Of a stretch of 64,000 bases of DNA, positions 28,627 through 41,186 are shown one piece after another. The notes below the pieces were generated by a model. It was not told where the DNA came from. It saw only the letters and a program-made list of their open reading frames with translations, and searched no databases. Source of the DNA: an uncultured bacterium (GTDB lineage Bacteria > Fidelibacterota > UBA2242 > JAFGTP01). How positions within the stretch are numbered: position 1 is the first letter of the stretch; each line of letters starts with the position of its first letter. The stretch lies in contig CAZCHS010000001.1 of the NCBI GenBank assembly GCA_964498725.1, positions 1,666 to 65,665 of the forward strand. The letters are read 5' to 3'. A program made the position numbers and the translations under genes.

Positions 28627-30669
28627 TTAATTATTTCGATTTATTCTTGCAATTATTGTTTCACTAATAAGGATTAAAATTATTAGAATTAATATTATGC
28701 TATTCAATTCTTTATTTGAATGTAACTGGTCAGTGGATTGTTCCCCGGCATAGATTGCCACGTTTTTGGAATGCTCGCTCACCAGTTCTTTGAGGCCGCT
28801 TTCACTTAAAAATCTTCCTTTTGTTTCCCGGGAATCCAGGTTGACCGCAAATTCTTTGACGGCTTCATCTTTTTCGTACAGACGGTAAAAGCCCGGAACC
28901 TCGGTGTTGGTGAAAGTAAGTTCGCTGTTTTTGTCATCCATATCCGGTAAATAGCGCTCATTCATCGGTGTTCGCAGTGAGTAATCAGTAATGTTTTCCG
29001 GTTGAAATACCCGGTGCCGCAAGGTATCACCCACAGTCTGATTGATCAGCGAATGACTGAAATTTGACAGATACAAAACAGTCTGCTGCAGTAATACCGG
29101 GAAAAATCCGGATAATTGCAGGGTGGATTCCTGCGCTGTAATGAAACCGCCCAGCAGCATAATTTTCTGGTTGTTCAATTCTACCATAAAAGGATGTGAG
29201 GTATTATAATCGATCAGGACATTGTGGTTTTCATTGGTCTGAAATGCCGGTACAGTATAAAACTGGGAAGCGCTTTGGAACTGCTCCTTCTCTGACCAGA
29301 CTTTCGCAAAAATAGGATGGTTGGTATTAATATTTTCCAATTTTAAATAGCTGTCAGAACCGCCGCCGAGATTACGGGTCCATTGCGGAAGTTCCATCTG
29401 TTCATGCCAGAACCGGTTGTAGGACTCGATTTCATTATCAATCCCGGGAATGACGATAATTCCTTTGCCCCGGTTGAGGAAATTATTCAATTTATCCTTA
29501 TAAATATTATTAAACTCAGCCACATTATGAAAAAGCAGGACATCATAGTCATCCAGGTTTTCCATAGCCAGAATTTCCGGAGAGATATTGCGTACCTGAA
29601 AGAGGGATTCTTTGCCGGCGTTCAGGGCTTTGGTGAGATAGGTATGCTGAATTTTTTTACTGACCAGCAGAATTCTTACCTTCTCAGGTATGTCCAGGGC
29701 AAAATAATATTTATTGTCGGCTATCAGATCATCAGGTGGAAGTGTAAGATAACCGGTGATCGTCCCGGTTTTCAGGGGAGCGAACTCAAAATCAACAGTT
29801 TCTGACGGGCTTTTGGTAATCTCCTGGGCCACCCGCTGATTGTCGATGAACAGGGAAACTTTATTTTCCTGAAATTCCTGCCAGTACTGAATGTGGGTTT
29901 TGATGAGCAGGTTTTTATTGATCTCAATTATCTGGTCGGGGAAAAGGACTTTTGAAATGGCATTGTTATTCCCACGATGCTGTATTGGGAAAAGTGTGAT
30001 TGTTGTGTTGTTGTTTTCTGTTAGCCGCCCAAGGGAGTGGTTTAAATTAGATTCATAATTTTCGCGCATCTGGAAATCCGAAAGTAACCAGAGATTTGTG
30101 TTCAGCAATTGATGTTCGTCGATATAGGATTCAATGGCTTCAAATGACCGGGTCAGTTGTGCAGCCTGATGGCCTGATGTAATGGTTGTTAAGGCTTTTT
30201 CAAAGGCTGCCGGATCCTCAACCATACCGTAGTGGGTGATATTATTAGGGTCTGTAATGTTCTGTATCGCCAATGTGATGGGATAGTCAAAATATTCCGC
30301 CTGCCGTCTGATTTCCACTAGTTTGTTTTGCAGCAGCGTCTTGTCCTGATATTTCTCAGCGGTGGAATGGGAATTATCCACCTGTAATATCAGGGTTTCG
30401 CCTTTTTCCGGGTAGATATCCTCATTGCTGGTCATGATATAGGGGCGGGCAAAGAAAAGGATGATCAGCAGTATCAGCAAAGTTCGCAGAATCAGTAATA
30501 TTATTTGGCGCAATTTCAATTTCCGAATGGCATCCTTTTTAAGTTTTGCCAGAAATTTCAGGGAACTGAACTCCACGGTTTTGATTCTGCTTTTACTGAG
30601 CAGATGAATAATGATGGGTAGTGTGATTAAAGGTAAAAAATATAGAAAAAAAGTTGTGAAAAATGACAT
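28627..30669 (-). CDS. BatA N-terminal-domain membrane protein with a large extracytoplasmic region (BatA/DUF4159-like)
   Basis: N-terminal double-TM LPLITLPIIIHLL...LRQIILLILRTLLILLIILFFARP, typical of BatA-type proteins. 680 aa. Confidence 0.45.
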   Translation of the reverse strand: MSFFTTFFLYFLPLITLPIIIHLLSKSRIKTVEFSSLKFLAKLKKDAIRKLKLRQIILLILRTLLILLIILFFARPYIMTSNEDIYPEKGETLILQVDNSHSTAEKYQDKTLLQNKLVEIRRQAEYFDYPITLAIQNITDPNNITHYGMVEDPAAFEKALTTITSGHQAAQLTRSFEAIESYIDEHQLLNTNLWLLSDFQMRENYESNLNHSLGRLTENNNTTITLFPIQHRGNNNAISKVLFPDQIIEINKNLLIKTHIQYWQEFQENKVSLFIDNQRVAQEITKSPSETVDFEFAPLKTGTITGYLTLPPDDLIADNKYYFALDIPEKVRILLVSKKIQHTYLTKALNAGKESLFQVRNISPEILAMENLDDYDVLLFHNVAEFNNIYKDKLNNFLNRGKGIIVIPGIDNEIESYNRFWHEQMELPQWTRNLGGGSDSYLKLENINTNHPIFAKVWSEKEQFQSASQFYTVPAFQTNENHNVLIDYNTSHPFMVELNNQKIMLLGGFITAQESTLQLSGFFPVLLQQTVLYLSNFSHSLINQTVGDTLRHRVFQPENITDYSLRTPMNERYLPDMDDKNSELTFTNTEVPGFYRLYEKDEAVKEFAVNLDSRETKGRFLSESGLKELVSEHSKNVAIYAGEQSTDQLHSNKELNSIILILIILILISETIIARINRNN

Positions 30670-30681
30670 ATATAATTTCCG

Positions 30682-31287
30682 TTATAATAAAGTTAGCGAA
30701 CCGGTTAACAATCCCAGGACAAATCCCGCGCTGATGGGAACTGTAAAATTATCATCAATTTTTATCGGCAGCATTTCGACAAGTGCCGCGGTTACTGCCG
30801 CGATCAATTTATAGATAACAGGCATTTCTGTGACCAGCAGTGAAACCAGGAATCCGGACAGGATAAAGGCCAGGGTACCTTCCAAAGTTTTATTGCGGAT
30901 GGTTTTGATTCTGCCCAAAAAAGTTCCTATCAGGCAGGCAGTAGGATCGCCAATGGTTAAAAAGATCAATGCCGTGACGGCAATATTTTTGGGGAACAAA
31001 AGCACTACCAGCAGACTACCGACCAGCATATAACTGGCGCCGGTAAATTCGTATTTCAGTTCGCGCTTTTTCGACATCCAGCCAAAGAGCCGCCAGTACA
31101 GGCGCCGGGTTTTCGGACCGATCATGCGCAGAACATCGGAAAAGATAATGATGATACTGGCTGTTAGTAAAAGGTAAAGAGCGGTCTTCTTATCAAAAAG
31201 ATAATAATAGGCCAAGGGAATACCGACAGCTGAATAATGGATCAGTTTCCTGGCAATAACTCCTTCTTTGCTACGGCGCAATTTCAT
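30682..31287 (-). CDS. CTP-dependent polyprenol/phytol kinase-like membrane protein (dolichol kinase/VTE5/DGK1 family, CTP_transf_1-like)
   Basis: 201-aa polytopic protein lacking the CdsA PGHGG motif. Pattern KRELKYEFTGASYML...KTLEGTLAF. Confidence 0.4.
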   Translation of the reverse strand: MKLRRSKEGVIARKLIHYSAVGIPLAYYYLFDKKTALYLLLTASIIIIFSDVLRMIGPKTRRLYWRLFGWMSKKRELKYEFTGASYMLVGSLLVVLLFPKNIAVTALIFLTIGDPTACLIGTFLGRIKTIRNKTLEGTLAFILSGFLVSLLVTEMPVIYKLIAAVTAALVEMLPIKIDDNFTVPISAGFVLGLLTGSLTLL

Positions 31288-31928
31288 AGATGGCTACTCA
31301 AACTTTTAAAAGCTTTTCCCGGATTATCATTTTTGAATACTGCGGAGCCCGCCACCAGCAGGTCAACCCCGGTTTGCGCGGCTGTATCAATGGTTTTCAA
31401 ATTTACACCACCGTCGATCTCAATTAAAAAATCATTATCAGTCTGATATTTTTTCGCTAGCAGAACTTTATTCAGGGAACTTTCAATCATTGATTGGCCG
31501 CCGAATCCGGGATTTACCGTCATTATCAGCAGGTGATCAATCATTGACATGTAGGGTTCTGCACCGGCAAAATCCGTTGGTGGATTAATGACAATACCGG
31601 CTTTAGTGTTTTTACTTCTGATATATTTCAGATCCCGGGGTATATCCTCTGATGCTTCCAACTGAATCAGAACAGTATCACTGCCGGCATCAATAAAATT
31701 ATCCAAATATTTATACGCATCCTCGATCATTAAGTGGGTTTCCAGGTGCAGGTCTGTCAGGCGGCGAATGGCCTCCACAATAAAGGGACCGAATGTAAGA
31801 TTAGGCACAAAATGTCCGTCCATTACGTCCAGGTGAAGCCGTTTGGCGCCGGCGGCTTCCACAGCGCGAATTTCCTTTTCCAGTTTTGCGAAATCTGCTG
31901 ACAATAATGATGGCACAATAAGTTGCAT
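31284..31928 (-). CDS. rpe: ribulose-phosphate 3-epimerase
   Basis: VPSLLSADF, HLDVMDGHFVPN, TVNPGFGGQ. The start is trimmed to the MQLIVPS Met, since the track start adds a 28-aa non-homologous extension. Confidence 0.85.
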   Translation of the reverse strand: MQLIVPSLLSADFAKLEKEIRAVEAAGAKRLHLDVMDGHFVPNLTFGPFIVEAIRRLTDLHLETHLMIEDAYKYLDNFIDAGSDTVLIQLEASEDIPRDLKYIRSKNTKAGIVINPPTDFAGAEPYMSMIDHLLIMTVNPGFGGQSMIESSLNKVLLAKKYQTDNDFLIEIDGGVNLKTIDTAAQTGVDLLVAGSAVFKNDNPGKAFKSLSSHL

Positions 31929-31935
31929 AGAACTC

Positions 31936-32670
31936 CTATTTATTAGTGGTGACATCCAGGTGAATTTTAATTGTTTTGTAGACTTCCGTTCCTTTTTCCG
32001 GTGTCTGGCCAATTACGGTTAAGGGGGTCAGGTCATCATTTTGTACATAATTGATCTGTCCCGTTTCCAGACCGGCGCGACGAATCCGCTTTTTAGCAAC
32101 ATTCAGGCTCAATCCAAATAAGTCCGGGACATTATAAATTTTCACTGGCGGCCCATTGCTGATCCAGATAGTTAAGGAAGAATGTTTGGCGACACTCATG
32201 CCGGGATTAATGGACTGACCGCAGATCACGCCTTTGGGTTTGTCATAATCATATTGGTATTCCGTTTCTTTAACCTTTAGGTTGAGCCGGTCCAAAATCA
32301 ATTCCGCTTCCTGCAGGGCCTTGCCGATCAGGTTCGGCATTTCAACATATTCCTTGCCTTTGGTAATGGTTAAAAAAACTGCGCGCCCCCTTTTCACCAG
32401 ATTGCCCGGCAGGGGTTGCTGCTCGATCACTGTATAGGGCGGCAGGTCCGGATTGGCAACGGAATCCTGAACCACGGCATCCAAATCCATTTCATCGAGT
32501 TTGGCCTCGGCCCGGCTAATGGACATATTGCGAACATCCTGCAATGTAATGGTACGGCCGCCGGACACATAAAATGGCATAACAAACTGATCCATGATTA
32601 TAACTACAATCACAGCAATGATAAAAAAGGCAATGCCAAATCTGATAATATTTCGAAGTCTTGTAAACAT
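31936..32670 (-). CDS. standalone membrane-anchored PASTA-domain protein (three PASTA repeats)
   Basis: N-terminal TM, then three repeats of about 65 aa. Confidence 0.7.
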   Translation of the reverse strand: MFTRLRNIIRFGIAFFIIAVIVVIIMDQFVMPFYVSGGRTITLQDVRNMSISRAEAKLDEMDLDAVVQDSVANPDLPPYTVIEQQPLPGNLVKRGRAVFLTITKGKEYVEMPNLIGKALQEAELILDRLNLKVKETEYQYDYDKPKGVICGQSINPGMSVAKHSSLTIWISNGPPVKIYNVPDLFGLSLNVAKKRIRRAGLETGQINYVQNDDLTPLTVIGQTPEKGTEVYKTIKIHLDVTTNK

Positions 32671-32673
32671 TTT

Positions 32674-33993
32674 TTAGACCCTTTTTAACCGGGCAGCAAA
32701 ACTGCCGGATAATTGATGCTTAAAAGGTAATATATTAACAAATCCTGCTTCATCACAATAGTTTTCATCGATAAATTTTTGGGCCGGTTCCAATACAAAA
32801 TCAGGATGATTGTCGAGAAATTCCGCTACGATTGCATGATTTTCTTCTTTTTCAATGGAACAAGTGGCGTATACTAAAATGCCGCCTTTTTGCAGGGCTT
32901 TGGCAGCATTGTCCAAAATATTCCGCTGCAGCATGTTGGTTTTGTGAAAATCATTGGCGTCCCGGCTCCATCTCAGGTCGGCTTTTCGGCCGATGATGCC
33001 GGTTCCGGTACAGGGCGCGTCTACCAGAATTTTGTTGGCTTCGGGTAACTGATAAACCGCTGTGTCTGCTTCAATGGGTTCAATATTGCGAATGTCCTGG
33101 CGTTTTATTTCATCCCGCAGCATATTCAGTTTTTTATTGGAAATGTCATAGGATTTAATGGTAGCCAGATTCTTGGTTAATTGCGCGAGATAGGTGGACT
33201 TTCCTCCCGGCGCCGCGCAGAGGTCCAGAATATGATCTTTTTCCTGCGGTGTTAGCAATTCCGCGGCAAAGGCCTGGCTCAGGTCCTGAACCGAACAGAG
33301 TCCTTTGTGAAAAATATTACTGCCCAGGAATTCGCCGGGATTTGGCAGCGTAAAGAATATTCCCGGGTCTTGCTGTATAATTTTTGCTTCGAATCTTTTG
33401 TTTTTAAGAATTGGAAAAAAGGTGTCGGCATTGGTTTTCAGTGTATTCAGGCGGAAAAATATTTCCTGTGAGGAATTGTAAAATTTCATCAATTCCAGGG
33501 TATTCTCTTCACCGAAATCCCGGGTCCATTTTTTTATCATCCAGTCAGGAAAGGAATGAATAATGCCCAACCGCTTCACCGGATTGTAATCCGCCAGCAG
33601 TTTGTCGATTTCAGCATCGCTCACCAGGTGTCGCAAAACACCGTTGATGAGACCGGTAAGGCGGAATTTTTTTAATGCTTTGGTGACATTGACGGTTTCA
33701 TTGACGTAGGCATGAACCGGCGTATGCAGAATTTTTGCCTGTAATACACCGATGCGCAAAATATTCAAAGCGCTTTTTTCAAGTTTTTTGAAATCACCAC
33801 GGTAAGTTGCTTCAATCACAAAATCCAAATAGCGGGATTGTTCAATTGTGCCTTTCACCAGCAGGTTTATAAAATTTTTATCTTCCGGAGAAAATTTGTT
33901 ACGTCTGAGGAATTTTTCAACTACTTCCTCGTATCCATAAAAATTATTGTCCAGTTTGTTGAGTATTGTAACGGCGGCTGTACGGGCTTTCAC
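32674..33993 (-). CDS. rsmB: 16S rRNA (cytosine967-C5)-methyltransferase
   Basis: NusB-like N-domain and SAM-MTase core DLCAAPGGKSTY, PCTGTG. Confidence 0.8.
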   Translation of the reverse strand: MKARTAAVTILNKLDNNFYGYEEVVEKFLRRNKFSPEDKNFINLLVKGTIEQSRYLDFVIEATYRGDFKKLEKSALNILRIGVLQAKILHTPVHAYVNETVNVTKALKKFRLTGLINGVLRHLVSDAEIDKLLADYNPVKRLGIIHSFPDWMIKKWTRDFGEENTLELMKFYNSSQEIFFRLNTLKTNADTFFPILKNKRFEAKIIQQDPGIFFTLPNPGEFLGSNIFHKGLCSVQDLSQAFAAELLTPQEKDHILDLCAAPGGKSTYLAQLTKNLATIKSYDISNKKLNMLRDEIKRQDIRNIEPIEADTAVYQLPEANKILVDAPCTGTGIIGRKADLRWSRDANDFHKTNMLQRNILDNAAKALQKGGILVYATCSIEKEENHAIVAEFLDNHPDFVLEPAQKFIDENYCDEAGFVNILPFKHQLSGSFAARLKRV

Positions 33994-34919
33994 GAAGTAA
34001 ATTTATCTCCAATTTTTCCCTGGAATCCATTAAGGAAATCTTTCACCGGCATGACACGTTTTCCTTCTTTCTGCAATTCCAACGGGTATAAAATTCCGGT
34101 TCCGGTTTGAATTCCCAGGGTGTTTTTATCTTTGTTAATGATTGTTCCTGCCTCTGCATTTGTTGTTTCCGGGTCATAGTCAGCCCGTAAAAATTTAACC
34201 CGTTTGCCATTGAAATAGGAATAGGCGCCGGGGTAGGGAGACAGGCCATTGATCTGGTTTTTGATCTTTTCCGCAGTACCGGTCCAGTCAATCTCACCCA
34301 TTTCCGGATAGATCTTCGGGGCTTTGGTGGCCTTGCTGTCATCCTGCGGAATTTTATGGATAGAACCGGTTTCCAATTGATGCAGCACTTCGGGAATGCG
34401 CTTTCCGCCAAGCTGCGCCAGTTGATCGTGGATTTCCTGGCATGTATCGGTAGGCGCGATGGCTATTTTTTCCTGGAAAAGCAGATCACCGGTATCAACT
34501 TTGGGTTCTATCTGAAAAATTGAAATTCCGGTTTCTTTATCGCCATTCAACACCGCCCAGTTGATGGGCGCGGCGCCACGGTATTTTGGCAGCAGTGAAG
34601 AGTGCAGGTTGACGGAACCGAATTTTGGAATATTCAGAACATCCTTAGGCAATATGCGAAACGCCACCACCACAAAAATGTCCGGCTCCAATGCATTTAA
34701 AGTTGCTTTGAAAGTTTCATCCTTCAGGGATTTGGGCTGCAGGATTTTGAGTTCATGCTTTTCCGCAACTTTTTTGACCGGAGTACTACGGACTTTGTGG
34801 CCCCGGCCGCGTTTTTTGTCCGGGCCGGTCACTACCGCGATTACCTCATGGGGGGAAGCAATCAGGGCTTCCAGAGATGGAACTGCAAACTCCGGTGTTC
34901 CCATAAAAACAATTTTCAT
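33990..34919 (-). CDS. fmt: methionyl-tRNA formyltransferase
   Basis: MKIVFMGTPEFAVPSL, the HxSLLPKYRGAAPI motif, 309 aa. Confidence 0.9.
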   Translation of the reverse strand: MKIVFMGTPEFAVPSLEALIASPHEVIAVVTGPDKKRGRGHKVRSTPVKKVAEKHELKILQPKSLKDETFKATLNALEPDIFVVVAFRILPKDVLNIPKFGSVNLHSSLLPKYRGAAPINWAVLNGDKETGISIFQIEPKVDTGDLLFQEKIAIAPTDTCQEIHDQLAQLGGKRIPEVLHQLETGSIHKIPQDDSKATKAPKIYPEMGEIDWTGTAEKIKNQINGLSPYPGAYSYFNGKRVKFLRADYDPETTNAEAGTIINKDKNTLGIQTGTGILYPLELQKEGKRVMPVKDFLNGFQGKIGDKFTS

Positions 34920-34921
34920 GG

Positions 34922-35443
34922 TTATGCAAGTTCCTTCCGGGCTTCTTTTTCCAGGGCGGCCAGTTTGTTTTTAATGAAACTGCGTTTCAATGCTGAAATT
35001 CTGTCAGTAAATAGGATTCCGTTTAAATGGTCATACTCATGCTGGATCACGCGGGATAGATAATCATCGTATACCTCATCCTGATCCTCGAAGTTTTTGT
35101 CCTTGTACCTGACACGAATTCGATTCGTGCGTTTGACCTTTTCATTGATTCCCGGCAGACTGAGACAGCCTTCTTCCTCAAGGGTTTCTCCGTCTATTTC
35201 CAAAATTTCCGGATTAATAAAAATCTGGCGGCCGTACTGTTCATCATAAAGCCCGAAATCGACAATAAAAAAGCTCATGTCCATGCCAACCTGGTTGGCA
35301 GAGAGACCGATGCCTTTTTCAACATTCATGGTTTCATACATGTCAGCCACCAGTTGGTCAAAATTTTCCGGTAATTTCTCTAGTTTTTTAACCTTTTTGC
35401 GAAGAATCGGGTTTCCGTATATTTTTACATCCAGTTTTGCCAT
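34922..35443 (-). CDS. def: peptide deformylase
   Basis: GIGLSANQVG, EGCLSLPG, QHEYDHLNG. Confidence 0.9.
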   Translation of the reverse strand: MAKLDVKIYGNPILRKKVKKLEKLPENFDQLVADMYETMNVEKGIGLSANQVGMDMSFFIVDFGLYDEQYGRQIFINPEILEIDGETLEEEGCLSLPGINEKVKRTNRIRVRYKDKNFEDQDEVYDDYLSRVIQHEYDHLNGILFTDRISALKRSFIKNKLAALEKEARKELA

Positions 35444-35453
35444 AAAAAAAATA

Positions 35454-35771
35454 TTAGGTTCTTTCTACTTTGTCAGCAACAGCGGATCTGGAAAGATTGA
35501 CTTTTATATCCTTACCAATGCTGACGATTAATTTGTTGTCTTTATCATTGATACCTTCAATTCGTCCGTAGATACCACCGATAGTCAGAATTTCATCACC
35601 GGCTTTCAGATTTTCCAGCATTTTCTGCTTTGCTTTCTGTTTCTTTGCCTGCGGTCTGATCATTAGAAAATACATGATCAGGATGATCACTAAAAAGGGT
35701 AATAAACTCATGATCGGATTTCCGGCTTCTGCGCCCGGTTGACTTGCTGATGCGTATAAAATGTTTAACAC
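35454..35771 (-). CDS. yajC: preprotein translocase subunit YajC
   Basis: 105 aa with a single TM, then MIRPQ.KKQK.....L..GDEI.T.GGI.G.I. Confidence 0.8.
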   Translation of the reverse strand: MLNILYASASQPGAEAGNPIMSLLPFLVIILIMYFLMIRPQAKKQKAKQKMLENLKAGDEILTIGGIYGRIEGINDKDNKLIVSIGKDIKVNLSRSAVADKVERT

Positions 35772-35926
35772 GTTTCCTCCATTATATTTAAATTTAGATA
35801 ATAGCTATGGTTATTTGTTACAAATGTTCCTGAAATATTTGAACGATTTAAACAAATCCTGTCAAATAACCCATTTCCCAATATAAGAAATTTTAGGTTT
35901 TTTACCAACTCAACAAATACAAACTC

Positions 35927-37498
35927 TTAATCTACCCGGTAATGGCTGCCGCGGCTCTCTTTGTTCAGACGGGCGGCATGGAGAACCATCCAGGCGGCAG
36001 AAGCGGCATTGCGCAGACCGATCATATTATTGTCAAGATTGGTGTTTTTATAGAAATGTTCAATATTGTGGCGCAGCCGCGTTAAAATATCAAAAGCCCG
36101 GTTGAGCTTCTTTTTCGTCCTGATAATGCCGACGTAATTCCACATGGTATGCTGAATGGTCAACTTGTCCTGACGCAACAGATCCTCGTCCAGTTCCTCG
36201 CGATTTCGCTGCCAGTCCCGCACCTGAGGGATGATGATCTTTTCTTCTTTGAGAACTCGCGCAGAATCCCGGCCGGCCAGAGTACCGTATACCAGACATT
36301 CCAGCAATGAGCTGGAAGCTAGGCGATTGGCGCCATGCAGGCCGGTGCAGGCCACTTCACCTATTGCTTTAAGTCGTCTGATTGTGGTATTGGCAAGAGA
36401 ATCCACCGCCACACCGCCACAGGAGTAATGGGCGGCGGGTACCACCGGAATCGGATTGGTTGTAATATCAATTTTTTTGGTTTTGCACTTTTGGTAGATT
36501 TGCGGAAAACGATTTTTGATCCAACCTGCCGGTTTGTGAGAAATATCAAGATATACATGATTTGTATGAGTCTTGTTCATTTCCTGGATAATTGATCTTG
36601 AAACGATATCACGGGGGGCCAATTCCGCCTGTTCGTCATAATTTTTCATAAATTGCACACCATTGAGATTCAACAGTTTGGCGCCTTCGCCCCGTAACGC
36701 CTCAGTGATCAAAAATCGTTCATCCCCGGCTGTCATTAGGGTGGTGGGATGAAACTGCACATATTCCATATTCATGATCCGTCCGCCGGCCCGGTAGACC
36801 ATTGCATAGCCGTCGCCGCGTGCTGATTTTGGATTGGATGTATGCAGATAGAGCTGACCCAACCCTCCGGTGGCGACAATGGTTTGGCCCGCCAGAACAG
36901 GCTTTATTTCATCATCCTTTTGAAAATAACAATAGGCGCCTGAGCAGGTGCTGGGTTCGTAAATGTGAGAATAATTCAGGGAGTGGTGCGCCAGGGTGAT
37001 CAGGTCAACAGCAGTTACTTCAGTCAGGATTTCTATATTGTCATTCTTTTTCAGATATTCATAAAAATATGATTGAATGGCATTGCCGGTATGGTCTTTT
37101 ACATGGGCAATACGGGGAATGGAATGGGATGCTTCCCGTGTAAGCGAGATATCCCCTTTTTGATTACGGTCAAAGGGCACTTTCACATCGTCGATCAACA
37201 CTTCGTCAAATAATGGCTGCCCGTAATTATAAATCTGTTCCACTGCTTTCTCATTAACAATATTGTCACCGGCGCGCTGAAAATCTTTGATCAAAAGTTC
37301 CAGAGATTCTTCGGGAGTAATTTTAATGATCCCTCCCTGGGCGTAAAAGGAAGCCGATTCGGTGAAATTGGTTTCACTGGAAAGCAAGATCACTTGCAGT
37401 CCTTCTTTGGCGGCGGCTAATGCGGCGGAGCACCCGGCCAAACCTGAGCCAATGATCAGTACATCGGTGTGAATGGCTTTGGTAGAGGGTTTTTTCAT
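35927..37498 (-). CDS. nadB: L-aspartate oxidase
   Basis: FAD motif DVLIIGSGLAG, flavoprotein oxidase fold, 523 aa. Overlaps nadA by 4 nt. Confidence 0.85.
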   Translation of the reverse strand: MKKPSTKAIHTDVLIIGSGLAGCSAALAAAKEGLQVILLSSETNFTESASFYAQGGIIKITPEESLELLIKDFQRAGDNIVNEKAVEQIYNYGQPLFDEVLIDDVKVPFDRNQKGDISLTREASHSIPRIAHVKDHTGNAIQSYFYEYLKKNDNIEILTEVTAVDLITLAHHSLNYSHIYEPSTCSGAYCYFQKDDEIKPVLAGQTIVATGGLGQLYLHTSNPKSARGDGYAMVYRAGGRIMNMEYVQFHPTTLMTAGDERFLITEALRGEGAKLLNLNGVQFMKNYDEQAELAPRDIVSRSIIQEMNKTHTNHVYLDISHKPAGWIKNRFPQIYQKCKTKKIDITTNPIPVVPAAHYSCGGVAVDSLANTTIRRLKAIGEVACTGLHGANRLASSSLLECLVYGTLAGRDSARVLKEEKIIIPQVRDWQRNREELDEDLLRQDKLTIQHTMWNYVGIIRTKKKLNRAFDILTRLRHNIEHFYKNTNLDNNMIGLRNAASAAWMVLHAARLNKESRGSHYRVD

Positions 37499-38565
37499 AA
37501 TTTTAGCATCCTGTCTAATGCCAGTTGAGCATCTTTGGCAATATTTTTATCAACTCTGACACGATTCTCTTCCAGGCCCGCAGCCAGGTTTTCCAACTGG
37601 TATAACAGATGTTCCGGCGTGATCTGCGCCATTGTTGTACATTTGGGTTCATAATCCTGCAGAAAATAGATTTCCTTTTCCGGATGTTGTTTTTGCAACC
37701 GGTTGACCAGATGTTTTTCCGTACCTACGCCCCAAACCTTATCCCGGGAATTTTCAATCAATTCGATGATCTCTTTGGTGCTGCCGGTATAATCGGCTTT
37801 TTGACAGACACTGTAGTCGCATTCGGGATGGGCCACGATTTTGATATCTTTGTAGGTCTTGCGGAGAAAATCCACATAATTGGAACTGAACTCCTGGTGA
37901 ACATCACAGTAACCGTCCCACAGAATTATTTCCGCTTCATGAATATCATCTTCCGTCAGGCCGATGCCTTCCTTTTCCCACAATTTGATTTTACTAAGGT
38001 CGATACCCATTTTCACTCCCGTGTTACGTCCGAGATGTTGGTCGGGAAAAAAGAATACTTTATCACCGGCTTCCCGGGCTTTTTGCAAAGCTTTGGCGGC
38101 ATTGGAAGAGGTGCAAACAATTCCGTCGTGTTTTCCGGTAAAGGCTTTCAGGTCAGCGGCTGAATTGATATAGGTGATGGGAATGATCTTTTCATCGGTA
38201 ATAGCGGTGAGCTTTTCCCAAACCGCTTCAATCTGCTGAATATTGGCGCAATCGGCGAGAAAACAGCCGGCGGTGGGGTCTGGAATGTAAACTTTTTGAT
38301 TGTCGTTAGTGACAATGTCGGCCGTTTCCGCCATAAAATGCACGCCGCAAAAAACGATTGTTTCAGCGCTGGCATTGGCGGCAATTTTGGCTAAAGCAAA
38401 GGAATCGCCCCGTTCATCGCAATGCTGCAGCACGGAATCCCGCTGGTAATGATGTCCCAGGATCAGCAGGTTTTTGCCAAATTGCTCTCTGATCGCGCTG
38501 ATTTTTTTGGCTAAGGTATTTTTATCAATGGTCTGGTATTTTTCCGGTAATATAAAGTTTTTCAT
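37495..38565 (-). CDS. nadA: quinolinate synthase
   Basis: NadA fold with conserved Cys residues. 356 aa. Confidence 0.85.
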   Translation of the reverse strand: MKNFILPEKYQTIDKNTLAKKISAIREQFGKNLLILGHHYQRDSVLQHCDERGDSFALAKIAANASAETIVFCGVHFMAETADIVTNDNQKVYIPDPTAGCFLADCANIQQIEAVWEKLTAITDEKIIPITYINSAADLKAFTGKHDGIVCTSSNAAKALQKAREAGDKVFFFPDQHLGRNTGVKMGIDLSKIKLWEKEGIGLTEDDIHEAEIILWDGYCDVHQEFSSNYVDFLRKTYKDIKIVAHPECDYSVCQKADYTGSTKEIIELIENSRDKVWGVGTEKHLVNRLQKQHPEKEIYFLQDYEPKCTTMAQITPEHLLYQLENLAAGLEENRVRVDKNIAKDAQLALDRMLKL

Positions 38566-38583
38566 TGCTTGATCTCCGAATAA

Positions 38584-41178
<2,595 letters not shown>

Positions 41179-41186
<8 letters not shown>

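Noticed and set aside
31929-32012. Long N-terminal extension of rpe (track start at 32012)
   Set aside because: The extra 28 residues are basic and low-complexity and would overlap the upstream PASTA gene. The Rpe core begins at MQLIVPSLLSADF.
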